The position numbers and the translations under genes were made by a program. Shown one piece after another: positions 9,920 through 19,858 of a stretch of DNA of 64,000 nt. Within the stretch, counting starts at the first letter, position 1. Each line of letters begins with the position of its first letter. The DNA is from Rickettsiales bacterium (GTDB lineage Bacteria > Pseudomonadota > Alphaproteobacteria > Rickettsiales > UBA8987), in NCBI GenBank assembly GCA_020630095.1, contig JAHDCD010000001.1, forward strand, positions 133,698 through 197,697, read 5' to 3'. Below the pieces are notes generated by a model that worked only from the letters and a program-made list of their open reading frames with translations, ran no database searches and was not told the DNA's origin.

Positions 9920-11377
9920 TTAAACGGCAGTACCGCCAACAGTAAGTTTGTCAATCAGCATAGATGGTTGGCCTACGCCTACAGGAACACCTTGACCATC
10001 TTTACCGCAAGTGCCAATACCATGGTCTAGCTCTAGGTCGTTACCGATAGATTTGATTTTCTTCATAACGTCAGGGCCGTTACCAATTAATGTTGCGCCT
10101 TTTACTGGGTGAGTAATTTTACCATCCTCAATCATATAAGTTTCTTGGGCAGAAAATACGAATTTACCAGAGGTAATATCTACCTGACCGCCACCAAAGT
10201 TAACAGCGTAAATACCGCGTTTAGTATTTGCTATCATGTCGGAAACATTGTCGTTACCGGCTAGCATGTAAGTGTTTGTCATTCTAGGCATTGGCTGGTG
10301 TTGGTAGCTTTCGCGGCGTCCGTTACCAGTTGGTTTTACACCCATTAGCCTTGCATTTAGCCTATCTTGCATGAAGCCAGTTAATATACCGTCTTCAATT
10401 AATATGTTATTTGCTGAGGCTGTGCCTTCGTCGTCTACAGTTATTGAACCACGGCGATCTGGCATTGTGCCGTTATCAACTACAGTTACGCCTTTTGAGG
10501 CAACTTGTTTGCCCATTTGGTCGTGGAATATAGATGTTTTCTTGCGGTTGAAGTCGCCTTCTAAGCCGTGACCTACAGCTTCATGTAACATTACACCAGG
10601 CCAGCCATTGCCTAAGATTACAGTCATTTCACCTGCAGGTGATGGTTTGGCCTCTAGATTTACTAGTGCTTGACGAAGTGCTTCGTCAGCTGCTTTTTGC
10701 CAATTGTCGCGCGTTACGAAAGTATCTAATTTTGCTCTACCGCCACAGCCGTATGAGCCAGTTTCTTTTACGCCGTCCTTTTCTACTACAACGGAAATGT
10801 TCATACGAACTAATGGGCGGATATCACCAGTTTCAAAGCCACCTGCTCGGATGATTTTAACTGCTTGCCATTCGCCACCGATAGAACAGCTAACTTGTTT
10901 TACGCGCTCATCTTTTGTGCGCAAGTAATCGTCAATTTCTTTTAAAATATCTACTTTGGCATCAAATGAATATGATGAAATTGGGTTGTCAGGTACATAT
11001 AGCGGGGCAGGCGCTTGACTTGGGTTGCCAACTAAATCTTCAACGCCATTATGGCCACCTTTTACTGAGCGGACAGTTTCTGCCGCGTTACGCATTGATT
11101 GCTCAGTTATGTTAGATGAATGTGCATAGCCAGAAAGTTCGCCCATTACGGAGCGTAAGCCGAAGCCTTGTGTGGTGTTGTATGTTGCGTTTTTTAATAC
11201 GCTGTCATCAAATCCTAAACCTTCGGTTTGGGTGTATTCAAGGAACATCTCGCCATCGTCGAAGCCATCTAGCACATTGTTGGTAATTTTATGCACAGTG
11301 TCGGGTGAAATGTTTTTGTAAAAAATATTATCTAAAATTTCTTTCATAATTAAAATGTGAGCTTTAGTAAGCCCCAC
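9920..11377 (-). CDS. tldD: TldD metalloprotease subunit
   Basis: LHEAVGHGLEGDFNRKKTS with the HExxxH motif, and C-terminal CGKDGQGVPVGVGQPSMLIDKLTVGGT. Confidence 0.96.
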   Translation of the reverse strand: MGLTKAHILIMKEILDNIFYKNISPDTVHKITNNVLDGFDDGEMFLEYTQTEGLGFDDSVLKNATYNTTQGFGLRSVMGELSGYAHSSNITEQSMRNAAETVRSVKGGHNGVEDLVGNPSQAPAPLYVPDNPISSYSFDAKVDILKEIDDYLRTKDERVKQVSCSIGGEWQAVKIIRAGGFETGDIRPLVRMNISVVVEKDGVKETGSYGCGGRAKLDTFVTRDNWQKAADEALRQALVNLEAKPSPAGEMTVILGNGWPGVMLHEAVGHGLEGDFNRKKTSIFHDQMGKQVASKGVTVVDNGTMPDRRGSITVDDEGTASANNILIEDGILTGFMQDRLNARLMGVKPTGNGRRESYQHQPMPRMTNTYMLAGNDNVSDMIANTKRGIYAVNFGGGQVDITSGKFVFSAQETYMIEDGKITHPVKGATLIGNGPDVMKKIKSIGNDLELDHGIGTCGKDGQGVPVGVGQPSMLIDKLTVGGTAV

Positions 11378-11988
11378 CAGTTAATATTTTGTATAGGAGT
11401 AAACTCGGATGTGCTAGAGTTTTTTACTTTAACTGCGTAGTGGTTAAGGATTTTTCTGAATTTCTTCAATTCTTTGTTTAACTCTAGTTTAGAAGCTTCT
11501 TGTTTAAGTTCTTGAATTTTATTGGATAAATCTTCTTTTTCTAAAATGGCTATGTTCGGGTAGTAGCTACACATGCGATACAGATTTATATAGCCATGTA
11601 ATAGTGTTAATTGATCATTCTTGGATGATATTATTTTAAGAATATTGCCGTATTTTTTAGAGCAGAAACCTTCGAAGTCAGTTTGGTCTTTAAAAGGTTT
11701 TTCGTCTAAAAAGCGTTCATGAGTATCTATTATTTCTAGTAGTAAAGAATAGTCTTTTTCAGTGAAAGTATCCTTCATTTTTTCTATTACATCATGTTTT
11801 TTAATAAGCCCTTCGGTAATTGCTTCGCGCCACCATTGGTAGCGTATCATCCCTATCATTTCTTCAGATGTTTTGTGAGGGATTTGTTCTATCTCATTTA
11901 AAAATAAGCATAAAGCTTCTGATCGTTTTCTTTGTGAGGGTTGTAAGAATAGGCTCCAAATATAATAATCGTAATGGGTATTTTTCAT
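11350..11988 (-). CDS. Squalene/phytoene synthase family protein (NDUFAF6-like)
   Basis: MIGMIRYQWWREAI motif and overall size. Confidence 0.7.
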   Translation of the reverse strand: MKNTHYDYYIWSLFLQPSQRKRSEALCLFLNEIEQIPHKTSEEMIGMIRYQWWREAITEGLIKKHDVIEKMKDTFTEKDYSLLLEIIDTHERFLDEKPFKDQTDFEGFCSKKYGNILKIISSKNDQLTLLHGYINLYRMCSYYPNIAILEKEDLSNKIQELKQEASKLELNKELKKFRKILNHYAVKVKNSSTSEFTPIQNINWWGLLKLTF

Positions 11989-11997
11989 TAGATTAGC

Positions 11998-12225
11998 CTA
12001 AAAAACTTTGAACATAGTGTACATGCCGCCTAAAATTAAACCTATAGAGGTAAGTGCAACCGTTAAGATTCTGTTGTTAATCTCGTGTTTAAGGATTTCT
12101 AGGTCTTTTTTTGTAGAAACACCATCGCCGATATCAGTTATTACATCAACTACTTTTTCAGTAAAGGTATTCCCTTTTACAAGATGCTCAACCGCTGCAT
12201 ATGTATCAAGAATGTGTGTGTTCAT
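11998..12225 (-). CDS. Small coiled-coil protein with C-terminal TM helix
   Basis: 75 aa; C-terminal hydrophobic ILTVALTSIGLILGGMYTMF. Confidence 0.55.
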   Translation of the reverse strand: MNTHILDTYAAVEHLVKGNTFTEKVVDVITDIGDGVSTKKDLEILKHEINNRILTVALTSIGLILGGMYTMFKVF

Positions 12226-12263
12226 TTAATAAATGATAGAGTAAAACTTTATAAAAATCAAGT

Positions 12264-13262
12264 TTATAAGATAATCCAGCTAGCGAGTCCTAGGAAGATA
12301 AAGAATGCGGAAATGTCAGTTATTGTGGTTACAAATACTGAGCTTGCGATTGCTGGGTCTACGCCCATTTTTGATAAGATAAGTGGTGTTAAACCGCCAG
12401 CTAAAGCTGCGAGTATTAGGGCTAGTATCATGGATATGCCGAATACTACTGATAGCATAACATCTGAGTAGAATGCATAACTTGCGCAGAATACTATAAA
12501 GGCAAATATAACGCCATTAATTAGGCCTGTTATAATCTCGCGTTTGATCATTTCAGGGGAGTTTTCTATATCTAACTCCTTGGTTGCTAATGCACGAATT
12601 GCTACTGTAAGCGTTTGCATACCTGCGTTACCAGCCATAGATGCTACGATTGGCATTAGTACTGCTAATGCTACTAGGCGGTCGATATCTGCTTCGAAGA
12701 TTTTAATTACTAATGATGCCGCAATTGCGGTAAGTAAGTTAATTAACAACCAGCTAAAGCGACCTTTTGCTTTTTCGAATGGAGCAGCATCTATATCAGA
12801 TTCTTCACCTACACCGGCCATTAATAGTAAATCTTCTTCGGCTTCATCTTCAGCGATTTCAGCGATATTATCTAGCGTTACAACGCCTAGTACATCATTA
12901 TTATTAGAAACTACCGTTGCAGAGATTAGGCCTTTTTCTTGGAACTCGTATACTAGGTCCTCTTGGTCTGTTTCAGCGGATACTTTGGTTATCTCAGTAT
13001 TCATTATAGTTGAGATATTTTCTTTACGCTCCGAGCGGAGAATTCTTGAAAGCAGTACAGTACCTACCGGTTTTTGGTCTGAATTTAAAACTAGAATATC
13101 ATGAAAATCATCTGAGATATTTTTGTTAGAGCGAAGATAGTCAATTGTTTCACCAACGGTCCAGCCTAGTCCGACAGAGATAAAATCTTTCGTCATAATA
13201 GAACCTGCGGTATTTTCTAAATACGCGTTTAGGTTCTGCTTATTTATAGGCTCAGCCTTCAT
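12264..13262 (-). CDS. mgtE: MgtE-like magnesium transporter lacking most of the N domain
   Basis: CBS-like region followed by TM segments including LMPIVASMAGNAGMQTLTVAIRALA and a C-terminal DISAFFIFLGLA. Confidence 0.85.
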   Translation of the reverse strand: MKAEPINKQNLNAYLENTAGSIMTKDFISVGLGWTVGETIDYLRSNKNISDDFHDILVLNSDQKPVGTVLLSRILRSERKENISTIMNTEITKVSAETDQEDLVYEFQEKGLISATVVSNNNDVLGVVTLDNIAEIAEDEAEEDLLLMAGVGEESDIDAAPFEKAKGRFSWLLINLLTAIAASLVIKIFEADIDRLVALAVLMPIVASMAGNAGMQTLTVAIRALATKELDIENSPEMIKREIITGLINGVIFAFIVFCASYAFYSDVMLSVVFGISMILALILAALAGGLTPLILSKMGVDPAIASSVFVTTITDISAFFIFLGLASWIIL

Positions 13263-13298
13263 ATAAAATGAAGGAATATAAGGGTTTAGTTGTTTTTG

Positions 13299-13574
13299 CT
13301 AGTTTAAAATATCTTCCATAAGAAGAAATTCTTCCATTGACTGAGGTTCGGATGATGAGATTTCAGAAGGAAGGTTATAAGATAGTGCTATGCCTATAAA
13401 AGTGATCGCGAATGTTGCGACAGCAGCTCTACGTATAAAGAAAAATAGATTGTTTGAAGTTTTATCTTTATTTTTTTGCTGTAGAGATGCCGCAATGATA
13501 CGATCTTCAAGTCCAGCTTTCGCAGGCTCAAACTTACGTTTTTTCAATAGTTTATTTAACGAATTATCGTCCAT
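13299..13574 (-). CDS. Small single-TM protein, possible anti-sigma/membrane partner of the upstream ECF sigma factor
   Basis: 91 aa with one TM (AAVATFAITFIGIALSY), directly downstream of the sigma gene on the same strand. Confidence 0.5.
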   Translation of the reverse strand: MDDNSLNKLLKKRKFEPAKAGLEDRIIAASLQQKNKDKTSNNLFFFIRRAAVATFAITFIGIALSYNLPSEISSSEPQSMEEFLLMEDILN

Positions 13575-13599
13575 ATATTATATTAGTACTGTTTAAAAT

Positions 13600-14157
13600 C
13601 TAATTCCCTTCGCCTTGCGCGACTAATTCTTTTAATTTTTTCTTTGCTCTCATTAATAGGCTTTCTAAGGCTTTTACGCCAACGCCTACAACATCGGCGG
13701 CTTCCTTATTTGAAAGTCCTTCATAAAAAGTTAAGTTTATAGCAAGTGCCTGATTTTCAGGAAGGGTTGCTATCATATCTTCAATTTGTCCTTGTAAAGT
13801 TTCCTTCTCAATGTCAACTGAGGTGTCAGCAAACTGTACATCTTCCATCATTGGAAGGGGCTTTTTCTTCTTAATATAATCTAAGCACATATTAGATACA
13901 ACTCGATAGAACCAAGTGGTAAATTTTGCAGCTTTTTCAGGGTTGTATATAGCCTTCTTGCTCCATAACTTTAGGAATGCTTCTTGGGTGATTTCTTCGG
14001 AAATATCTGGATCGCGAACGTAGCGATAGCATAGTGAATAGAACTTCTGAGAGTGGCGCTGAATAAGCATGGCAAAAGCAGGGTGGTTATCCTCTTCTTG
14101 AGCTAATTTGATTAGCTCTTCGTCTTTTAATTCGCTTATGTTGTTAGTTTTAGCCAC
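13600..14157 (-). CDS. ECF (RpoE-like) RNA polymerase sigma factor
   Basis: Region 2 YVRDPDISEEITQEAFLKLW; region 4 LPENQALAINLTFYEGLSNKEAADVVGVGVKALESLLMRAKKKL. Confidence 0.9.
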   Translation of the reverse strand: MAKTNNISELKDEELIKLAQEEDNHPAFAMLIQRHSQKFYSLCYRYVRDPDISEEITQEAFLKLWSKKAIYNPEKAAKFTTWFYRVVSNMCLDYIKKKKPLPMMEDVQFADTSVDIEKETLQGQIEDMIATLPENQALAINLTFYEGLSNKEAADVVGVGVKALESLLMRAKKKLKELVAQGEGN

Positions 14158-14201
14158 TTTATGACTTTACTAACAGTTTTTTTGTAAATAAAACTAAAAA
14201 T

Positions 14202-16022
14202 ATGTCTTTATTTGGTGACCCACTCAAAAAAACTAGTTTTCCTGCAGCTAACAATAGTGCGGCGGGGCAGCAGGTTGCCGAAAATAATTCGGAATTAAAA
14301 GATCAAGAACCTAATGCGAGTGTTAAAAATGCTAAGTCAGATTATGCATCGCTTGGTGAGCAGTTAGTTAAGCAAAATCTTATTACTCCGGATCAATTGG
14401 AAATTGCTAAGAAAGTGCAGCGCGAAACTGGTGGTGCGCAAATGATTGGTAATATTCTGGTAGAGATGGGCTTCATTACGGAGCATACTTTATCGGAAGT
14501 TTTAAGTACCGATAAAGGGATTGATACTTTTGACCCTTCAAATTCAATAGTAGACCCTGATATTGTTAAGCTTGTGCCTAAGGAGCTTGCAATGAACTTT
14601 AGGGCGGTGCCGATATCATCTGAAGATAATAAGATATATCTGGCGATGGTAGATATATATGATGTTGTTGCGCTTGATCGCTTGAAGATGCATCTGCCGG
14701 CGGAAAGTAAGATTGTGCCAATGCAATGTTCGCAAGCGGCACTTTCTGATCTGATTGATAATTACTATGAGTATGAATTATCGATTGATGGTATTTTGCG
14801 CGAGATTGAGCATTTGAATCGTGATGAGCTTGTTAAGCAGGCGTCTAACGAACAAAGTTACGTTAACCCAACGGTGCGTTTATTGGATGCGATTTTAATT
14901 GATGCGATTAGGCAAGGCGCATCGGATATTCACTTTGAGCCGGAGGGGGTTTTCGTAAGAGTTAGGTATCGTATTGATGGGCATTTAGTGCTTATCCGTT
15001 CATTCCATATTGATTATTGGAGTGCGGTGGTTGTGCGTATTAAGATTATTTCAGGCATGAATATTGCTGAAACTAGATTGCCTCAGGATGGTAGAATAGG
15101 GTATCAAGTATTGGGTCGCGAGATCGACTTCCGTGTATCTACTCAGCCAACTATTGATGGTGAGAACGTGGTAATGCGTATTCTTGATAAGAAGAATTCC
15201 TTATTGCCAATGGCTAAGCTTGGTTTAAGTAAAAAGAATATTGAGCGCTTGCAAAAAGCGATGAGTAAGCCGGAAGGAATTGTGGTTGTAACTGGTCCTA
15301 CTGGTTCTGGTAAAACGACAACTCTATATTCAATTCTTTCAGAAATTAATGATCTTTCGATTAATATTATGACCTTGGAGGATCCGGTAGAGTATCGCTT
15401 GCCGATGATTAGACAGTCTAATATTAGAGCGCAAGGTGGTATGGATTTCGCTGGTGGTATTAAGGCGGCGTTAAGGCAGGATCCGGACGTGATATTTGTA
15501 GGTGAGGTGCGTGATAATGAAACGGCAACGCTTGCTATGCGTGCTTCGATGACTGGTCATAAAGTATTTACATCACTGCATACAAATGATGCAATTGGTG
15601 CGATAACACGTTTAATCGATATTGGTTGTAATCCGCGTGTATTATCAGAAAATATTGTTGCAGTAATTGCGCAAAGGTTAATTAGAAAGCTTTGTGATAA
15701 TTGTAAAGCTACGCGTGATTCCACAATTAAAGAAAGGCAAATTCTTGGTGATGATGTGCAAACTGTTTATGCTCCTGAAGGTTGTAAAGAATGTGGCGGG
15801 CGTGGTTATAAAGGGCGTTTAGCGGTTACAGAAATTATCTTAATTGATGAGCATTTAACAGAGATGATTGGTAGTCAGGCATCTAAAGGGCAGATGATGA
15901 AATATATTAAAGAGAATACGGGCTTTATTTCTATGGCTTTAGATGGTTTGCAGAAGGTGCGTGATGGTGTAACTGATATTAAAGAGTTAGCGCGTTGTGT
16001 AGATATTACCGACAGGATGTAG
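14202..16022 (+). CDS. Type II secretion / type IV pilus assembly ATPase (GspE/PilB-like)
   Basis: Walker A GPTGSGKTTTLYS, Walker B DPDVIFVGEVRDNETA, tetra-Cys CDNCKA...CKECGGRGYKGR, GspE N-terminal domain. Confidence 0.93.
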   Translation: MSLFGDPLKKTSFPAANNSAAGQQVAENNSELKDQEPNASVKNAKSDYASLGEQLVKQNLITPDQLEIAKKVQRETGGAQMIGNILVEMGFITEHTLSEVLSTDKGIDTFDPSNSIVDPDIVKLVPKELAMNFRAVPISSEDNKIYLAMVDIYDVVALDRLKMHLPAESKIVPMQCSQAALSDLIDNYYEYELSIDGILREIEHLNRDELVKQASNEQSYVNPTVRLLDAILIDAIRQGASDIHFEPEGVFVRVRYRIDGHLVLIRSFHIDYWSAVVVRIKIISGMNIAETRLPQDGRIGYQVLGREIDFRVSTQPTIDGENVVMRILDKKNSLLPMAKLGLSKKNIERLQKAMSKPEGIVVVTGPTGSGKTTTLYSILSEINDLSINIMTLEDPVEYRLPMIRQSNIRAQGGMDFAGGIKAALRQDPDVIFVGEVRDNETATLAMRASMTGHKVFTSLHTNDAIGAITRLIDIGCNPRVLSENIVAVIAQRLIRKLCDNCKATRDSTIKERQILGDDVQTVYAPEGCKECGGRGYKGRLAVTEIILIDEHLTEMIGSQASKGQMMKYIKENTGFISMALDGLQKVRDGVTDIKELARCVDITDRM

Positions 16023-17024
16023 ATGAAAAAGAATGTTATATTTATGGGGAGTCCTGATTTTGCGGTGCCAGCGTTGCAGGCTCTTATTGATGATTCCGGT
16101 ATAGAGGTTATTGCGTGTTTTTCTCAGCCGCCGCGTGAGGCTAATAGGGGGAAGAAAATCACTAAAACGCCTATTCATAAATTAGCAGAGGCGAATGATA
16201 TTGAAGTTCACACGCCTGTGAAGCTTAAAAACGTCATTCCTGCGTCTTATTTTGAATCTTTTAAGCATACGCAGGATGCGTCATTCGCCGACTTGATCGG
16301 CGAATCTAGAAATTGGACTATGGATTCGCCGATCAAGTCGGCGAATGACAAGTTAATTATTAAGGGTAATGTCACTTATATAAACTTGGTTGAATCTATG
16401 AAGCCGGATTTTATTTGTGTTGCGGCATATGGTTTAATATTACCAAAGAGCTTTTTAGACATTGCACCTTGTTTGAATATTCATCCATCTAAGTTGCCAA
16501 GATGGCGCGGTGCTGCGCCTATTCAGCGTACTATTATGGCAGGTGATACAGAAACTTCATGTTGTATTATGGATATGGATGTTGGATTAGATACTGGCGA
16601 TATTTTAATCGAAGAGGATTATAATATTCCGGCGAATTATACGGCGGGTGAATTGCATGATTACATGGCAAGTAAAGGTGGTGAGCTTTTATTAAAGGTA
16701 ATTGAAGGTTATAAAAATATTACTCCGCGTAAGCAATCGGAGCAGGGAGTTACGTATGCCCATAAAATTAAAAAATCTGATACTGAATTGAAGCTAGATG
16801 AGATTACGGCAGATGAAGCTAGAAATTTAATATTAGGTTTATCGCCGTATCCTGCGGCATGGGTTATGCATAATGAAAAACGTTTAAAGATATTAGCGTT
16901 ATCAAGTGAAGATGAAGGGGTTTCATTAGACTGTAAAGTTGGTTCTATTTATCCATCTTTAGTTCAGCCAGAGGGTAAAAAGCCAATGGATATAAAGGCT
17001 TATCTTAACGGCTTGCGTAGTTAA
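16023..17024 (+). CDS. fmt: Methionyl-tRNA formyltransferase carrying an in-frame palindromic element
   Basis: MGSPDFAVPALQAL, LNIHPSKLPRWRGAAPIQRTI; the insert encodes SFADLIGESRNWTMDSPIKSAND. Confidence 0.95.
   Translation: MKKNVIFMGSPDFAVPALQALIDDSGIEVIACFSQPPREANRGKKITKTPIHKLAEANDIEVHTPVKLKNVIPASYFESFKHTQDASFADLIGESRNWTMDSPIKSANDKLIIKGNVTYINLVESMKPDFICVAAYGLILPKSFLDIAPCLNIHPSKLPRWRGAAPIQRTIMAGDTETSCCIMDMDVGLDTGDILIEEDYNIPANYTAGELHDYMASKGGELLLKVIEGYKNITPRKQSEQGVTYAHKIKKSDTELKLDEITADEARNLILGLSPYPAAWVMHNEKRLKILALSSEDEGVSLDCKVGSIYPSLVQPEGKKPMDIKAYLNGLRS
16280..16349. repeat. Palindromic element (70 bp, perfect 27-bp arms) inside fmt
   Basis: GTCATTCGCCGACTTGATCGGCGAATC - 16 nt - GATTCGCCGATCAAGTCGGCGAATGAC. 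Confidence 0.95.
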
Positions 17025-17038
17025 ATTTTTGCGCCATT

Positions 17039-19240
17039 ATGGATCGGATATCCATGAATTCATTAGTAGAAAAATTAAATCAGGCGCAGGCGGATGCGGT
17101 ACTTAATATTGACGGGCCTTCGTTAGTGCTTGCTGGTGCAGGTACTGGTAAAACGCGAGTGCTTACATCTAAAATAGCGAATATTTTAAGTAATGAAAAA
17201 GCGTACCCATCGCAAATTCTTGCTGTTACCTTTACCAATAAAGCTGCGCGTGAAATGAATGAGCGTATTCATTCCCTAGTGGGTGATGTTGCGGCTGGAT
17301 TATGGATAGGTACTTTTCATTCGCTTTCGCTTCGTATTATTAACAAAAATTTAGGTGAACTTGGTTTTGAATCGGGTTTTTCAATTGTGGATTCGGCGGA
17401 TAGTTTACGCGTTGTTAAAGATATAATGGCCGCCGGTGGTTGGGATACGAAAAAGCATGCACCTAAGCTTGTTGCGGGTGTAATATCTTCATGGAAAGAT
17501 TTAGCATTAACACCGAATAAAGTGCCAGCAGAAGATCCGTATAAGGAGTATTTGGATATTTATACGAAGTATCAGGCGCGCTTAAAGCAGGGTAATGCTA
17601 TGGATTTTGGCGATTTACTATTGCATGCGGTTAGCTTGCTGCAGAAGAATCCTGAAATATTTAAATATTATAATAATAAGTTTCGTTATGTGTTGGTTGA
17701 TGAGTATCAAGATACCAACGTAGCGCAATATTTGTGGTTACGTTTATTAACTGCACCTAAGCCGGACCAATATGGCGAGTTAAAATCTAATATCACTTGC
17801 GTTGGCGATGATGACCAGGCAATTTATGGTTGGCGTGGCGCTCAGGTGGAAAATATATTACGTTTTGAGAAAGATTTTGAGGGTGCGCAGGTTACGCGCT
17901 TGGAAGAGAATTATCGCTCAACACCGTATATTTTAGATTGCGCTGATGCCGTGATATCTAATAATTCCAATAGATTGGGTAAAAAGCTTTATTCTCAGTA
18001 TAAAGATGGTGAGAAGGTGCGTATATTATCTGTTTGGGATGATAGGTCTGAGGCGCGATATATTGCTGATGAAATTTCGCGTGTGGATGAGTTTAAGGAA
18101 ACAGCGGTTTTAGTTAGGTCATCTTCGCAGACTCGTTTGTTTGAGGAGCAGTTTTTAGCAAAGCAAATTCCATATCAAGTTATTGGTGGTTTGCGCTTCT
18201 ATGAGCGCGCAGAAATTAAGGATGCGATTGCGTATATCCGCTCTATCATTACTCCGGGGAATGATCTTGCTTTTGAGCGTATTATTAATACTCCAAAACG
18301 CGGTATTGGTGGTAAAACAGTTGATAAAATTCGTTTAAATGCGCAAGCTAATGAGTTCCGCGGGCAGATATCTGTTCAGCAATCTGTGCTTGAAATGGCT
18401 AATGCTAAGGCGCTACGCGGTAAAGGTGCTGAAGAGCTTAAATTTACGATATCTAAGTTTGAAAATTGGCGTAAAGATTTTAAATCTAAACCGCATGCTG
18501 AAGTGGTGGATAATATCTTAAAAGGTGTTGGTTATATTAATATGCTACGTCAAGAGCGTACTGAAGAGGCTAACGGGCGCATTGAAAATTTAAATGAACT
18601 TATTAAGGCGCTCGAAGAGTTTGATGATATTCATCATTTCTTAGATCATGTTGCGCTAGTTTCTGATGCGGACACTTTGGAGGATAGAGATTTAGTTTCC
18701 GTAATGACCATTCATGCGGCGAAAGGTTTGGAATTTAATAATGTTTATCTACCGGGTTGGGAAGAGGGGAATTTTCCTTCGCAACGTGCCATTGATGATG
18801 GTGGTAAAAATAGTTTAGAAGAGGAGCGTCGTTTAGCTTATGTGGCAATAACTCGAGCGCGTAAATCTTTGATGATATCTTATGCCTCTAATCGTTTTGT
18901 ATTTGGTTCGGTTATGTCTAGTATGCCATCGCGCTTTATAAAAGAGCTTGATGAAAGTGCTTGCGAAGTAATTGAAGGTGCGGGCGGTATAGATTTGAAT
19001 GCCTCAAACAGGTTGGTTTCTAATTTAGAAGTTGGCGCGATGAATAGAATGTCCGATTCATCTAGGGGGTCATCTTATAATGAGGCATCTTCTGCCGGTG
19101 CATTTAATATTGGCTCGCGCGTGTTCCATCAGAAATTTGGTTATGGCTTAGTTACGGATGTTCAAGGAAATAATATCCGCGTTAGCTTTGATAGCGCTGG
19201 TTCAAAATTATTAGTTAAAGATTATCTTAAACGTGCTTAA
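17039..19240 (+). CDS. uvrD: UvrD/PcrA-family DNA helicase II
   Basis: LAGAGTGKTRVLTSKIANIL, DEYQDTN, VMTIHAAKGLEF, AYVAITRAR. Confidence 0.94.
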   Translation: MDRISMNSLVEKLNQAQADAVLNIDGPSLVLAGAGTGKTRVLTSKIANILSNEKAYPSQILAVTFTNKAAREMNERIHSLVGDVAAGLWIGTFHSLSLRIINKNLGELGFESGFSIVDSADSLRVVKDIMAAGGWDTKKHAPKLVAGVISSWKDLALTPNKVPAEDPYKEYLDIYTKYQARLKQGNAMDFGDLLLHAVSLLQKNPEIFKYYNNKFRYVLVDEYQDTNVAQYLWLRLLTAPKPDQYGELKSNITCVGDDDQAIYGWRGAQVENILRFEKDFEGAQVTRLEENYRSTPYILDCADAVISNNSNRLGKKLYSQYKDGEKVRILSVWDDRSEARYIADEISRVDEFKETAVLVRSSSQTRLFEEQFLAKQIPYQVIGGLRFYERAEIKDAIAYIRSIITPGNDLAFERIINTPKRGIGGKTVDKIRLNAQANEFRGQISVQQSVLEMANAKALRGKGAEELKFTISKFENWRKDFKSKPHAEVVDNILKGVGYINMLRQERTEEANGRIENLNELIKALEEFDDIHHFLDHVALVSDADTLEDRDLVSVMTIHAAKGLEFNNVYLPGWEEGNFPSQRAIDDGGKNSLEEERRLAYVAITRARKSLMISYASNRFVFGSVMSSMPSRFIKELDESACEVIEGAGGIDLNASNRLVSNLEVGAMNRMSDSSRGSSYNEASSAGAFNIGSRVFHQKFGYGLVTDVQGNNIRVSFDSAGSKLLVKDYLKRA

Positions 19241-19251
19241 TAAATATAATT

Positions 19252-19809
19252 CTAAACAGTCATAATGTCGGCTTCTTTTTCTTTATAAATCTCATCAGCT
19301 TTAGCTATGATAGCATCGGTTAGTTTTTGAGCCTCGTCTGATTCAGAGTGCATTTCATCTTCAGTTAGGTCGCCGTCATTTTTTCCTTTCTTAATGGCAT
19401 CCATTAAGTCTTTACGAATGTTACGGATAGAGATTTTACAATCTTCTAAAAAGCCACTACCCATTTTTACAAGCTCTTTACGACGCTCTTCGGTAAGGTC
19501 AGGAATTGGTAAGCGAACTAGCTCGCCAGAGGTTGCAGGGTTTAAGCCTAGGTTTGAATCTAGGACGGCTTTTTCAACTGCTTGTACATTGCCCTTATCC
19601 CAAACTTGTACGTTAATACAACGTGGTTCAGGAACGGAAATTGTTGCAACTTGGCTAAGTGGCATCATTGAGCCGTAAACATTTACCTTTAAATTATCAA
19701 CTAGACCAGCAGATGCTCTACCTGTACGTAAACCGGCAAGGTTGCTTTTGAACGCATCTAGTGATTTGTTCATTCTGTCTTCAAAATCTTTATGGTTTAG
19801 TATTGGCAT
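19252..19809 (-). CDS. frr: Ribosome recycling factor
   Basis: FKSNLAGLRTGRASAGLVDNLKV; IPDLTEERRKELVK. Confidence 0.96.
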   Translation of the reverse strand: MPILNHKDFEDRMNKSLDAFKSNLAGLRTGRASAGLVDNLKVNVYGSMMPLSQVATISVPEPRCINVQVWDKGNVQAVEKAVLDSNLGLNPATSGELVRLPIPDLTEERRKELVKMGSGFLEDCKISIRNIRKDLMDAIKKGKNDGDLTEDEMHSESDEAQKLTDAIIAKADEIYKEKEADIMTV

Positions 19810-19858
19810 GATGTTTTATTTTCTGGAAGTGTGTTTTTATATTATTAATTAAAATATT

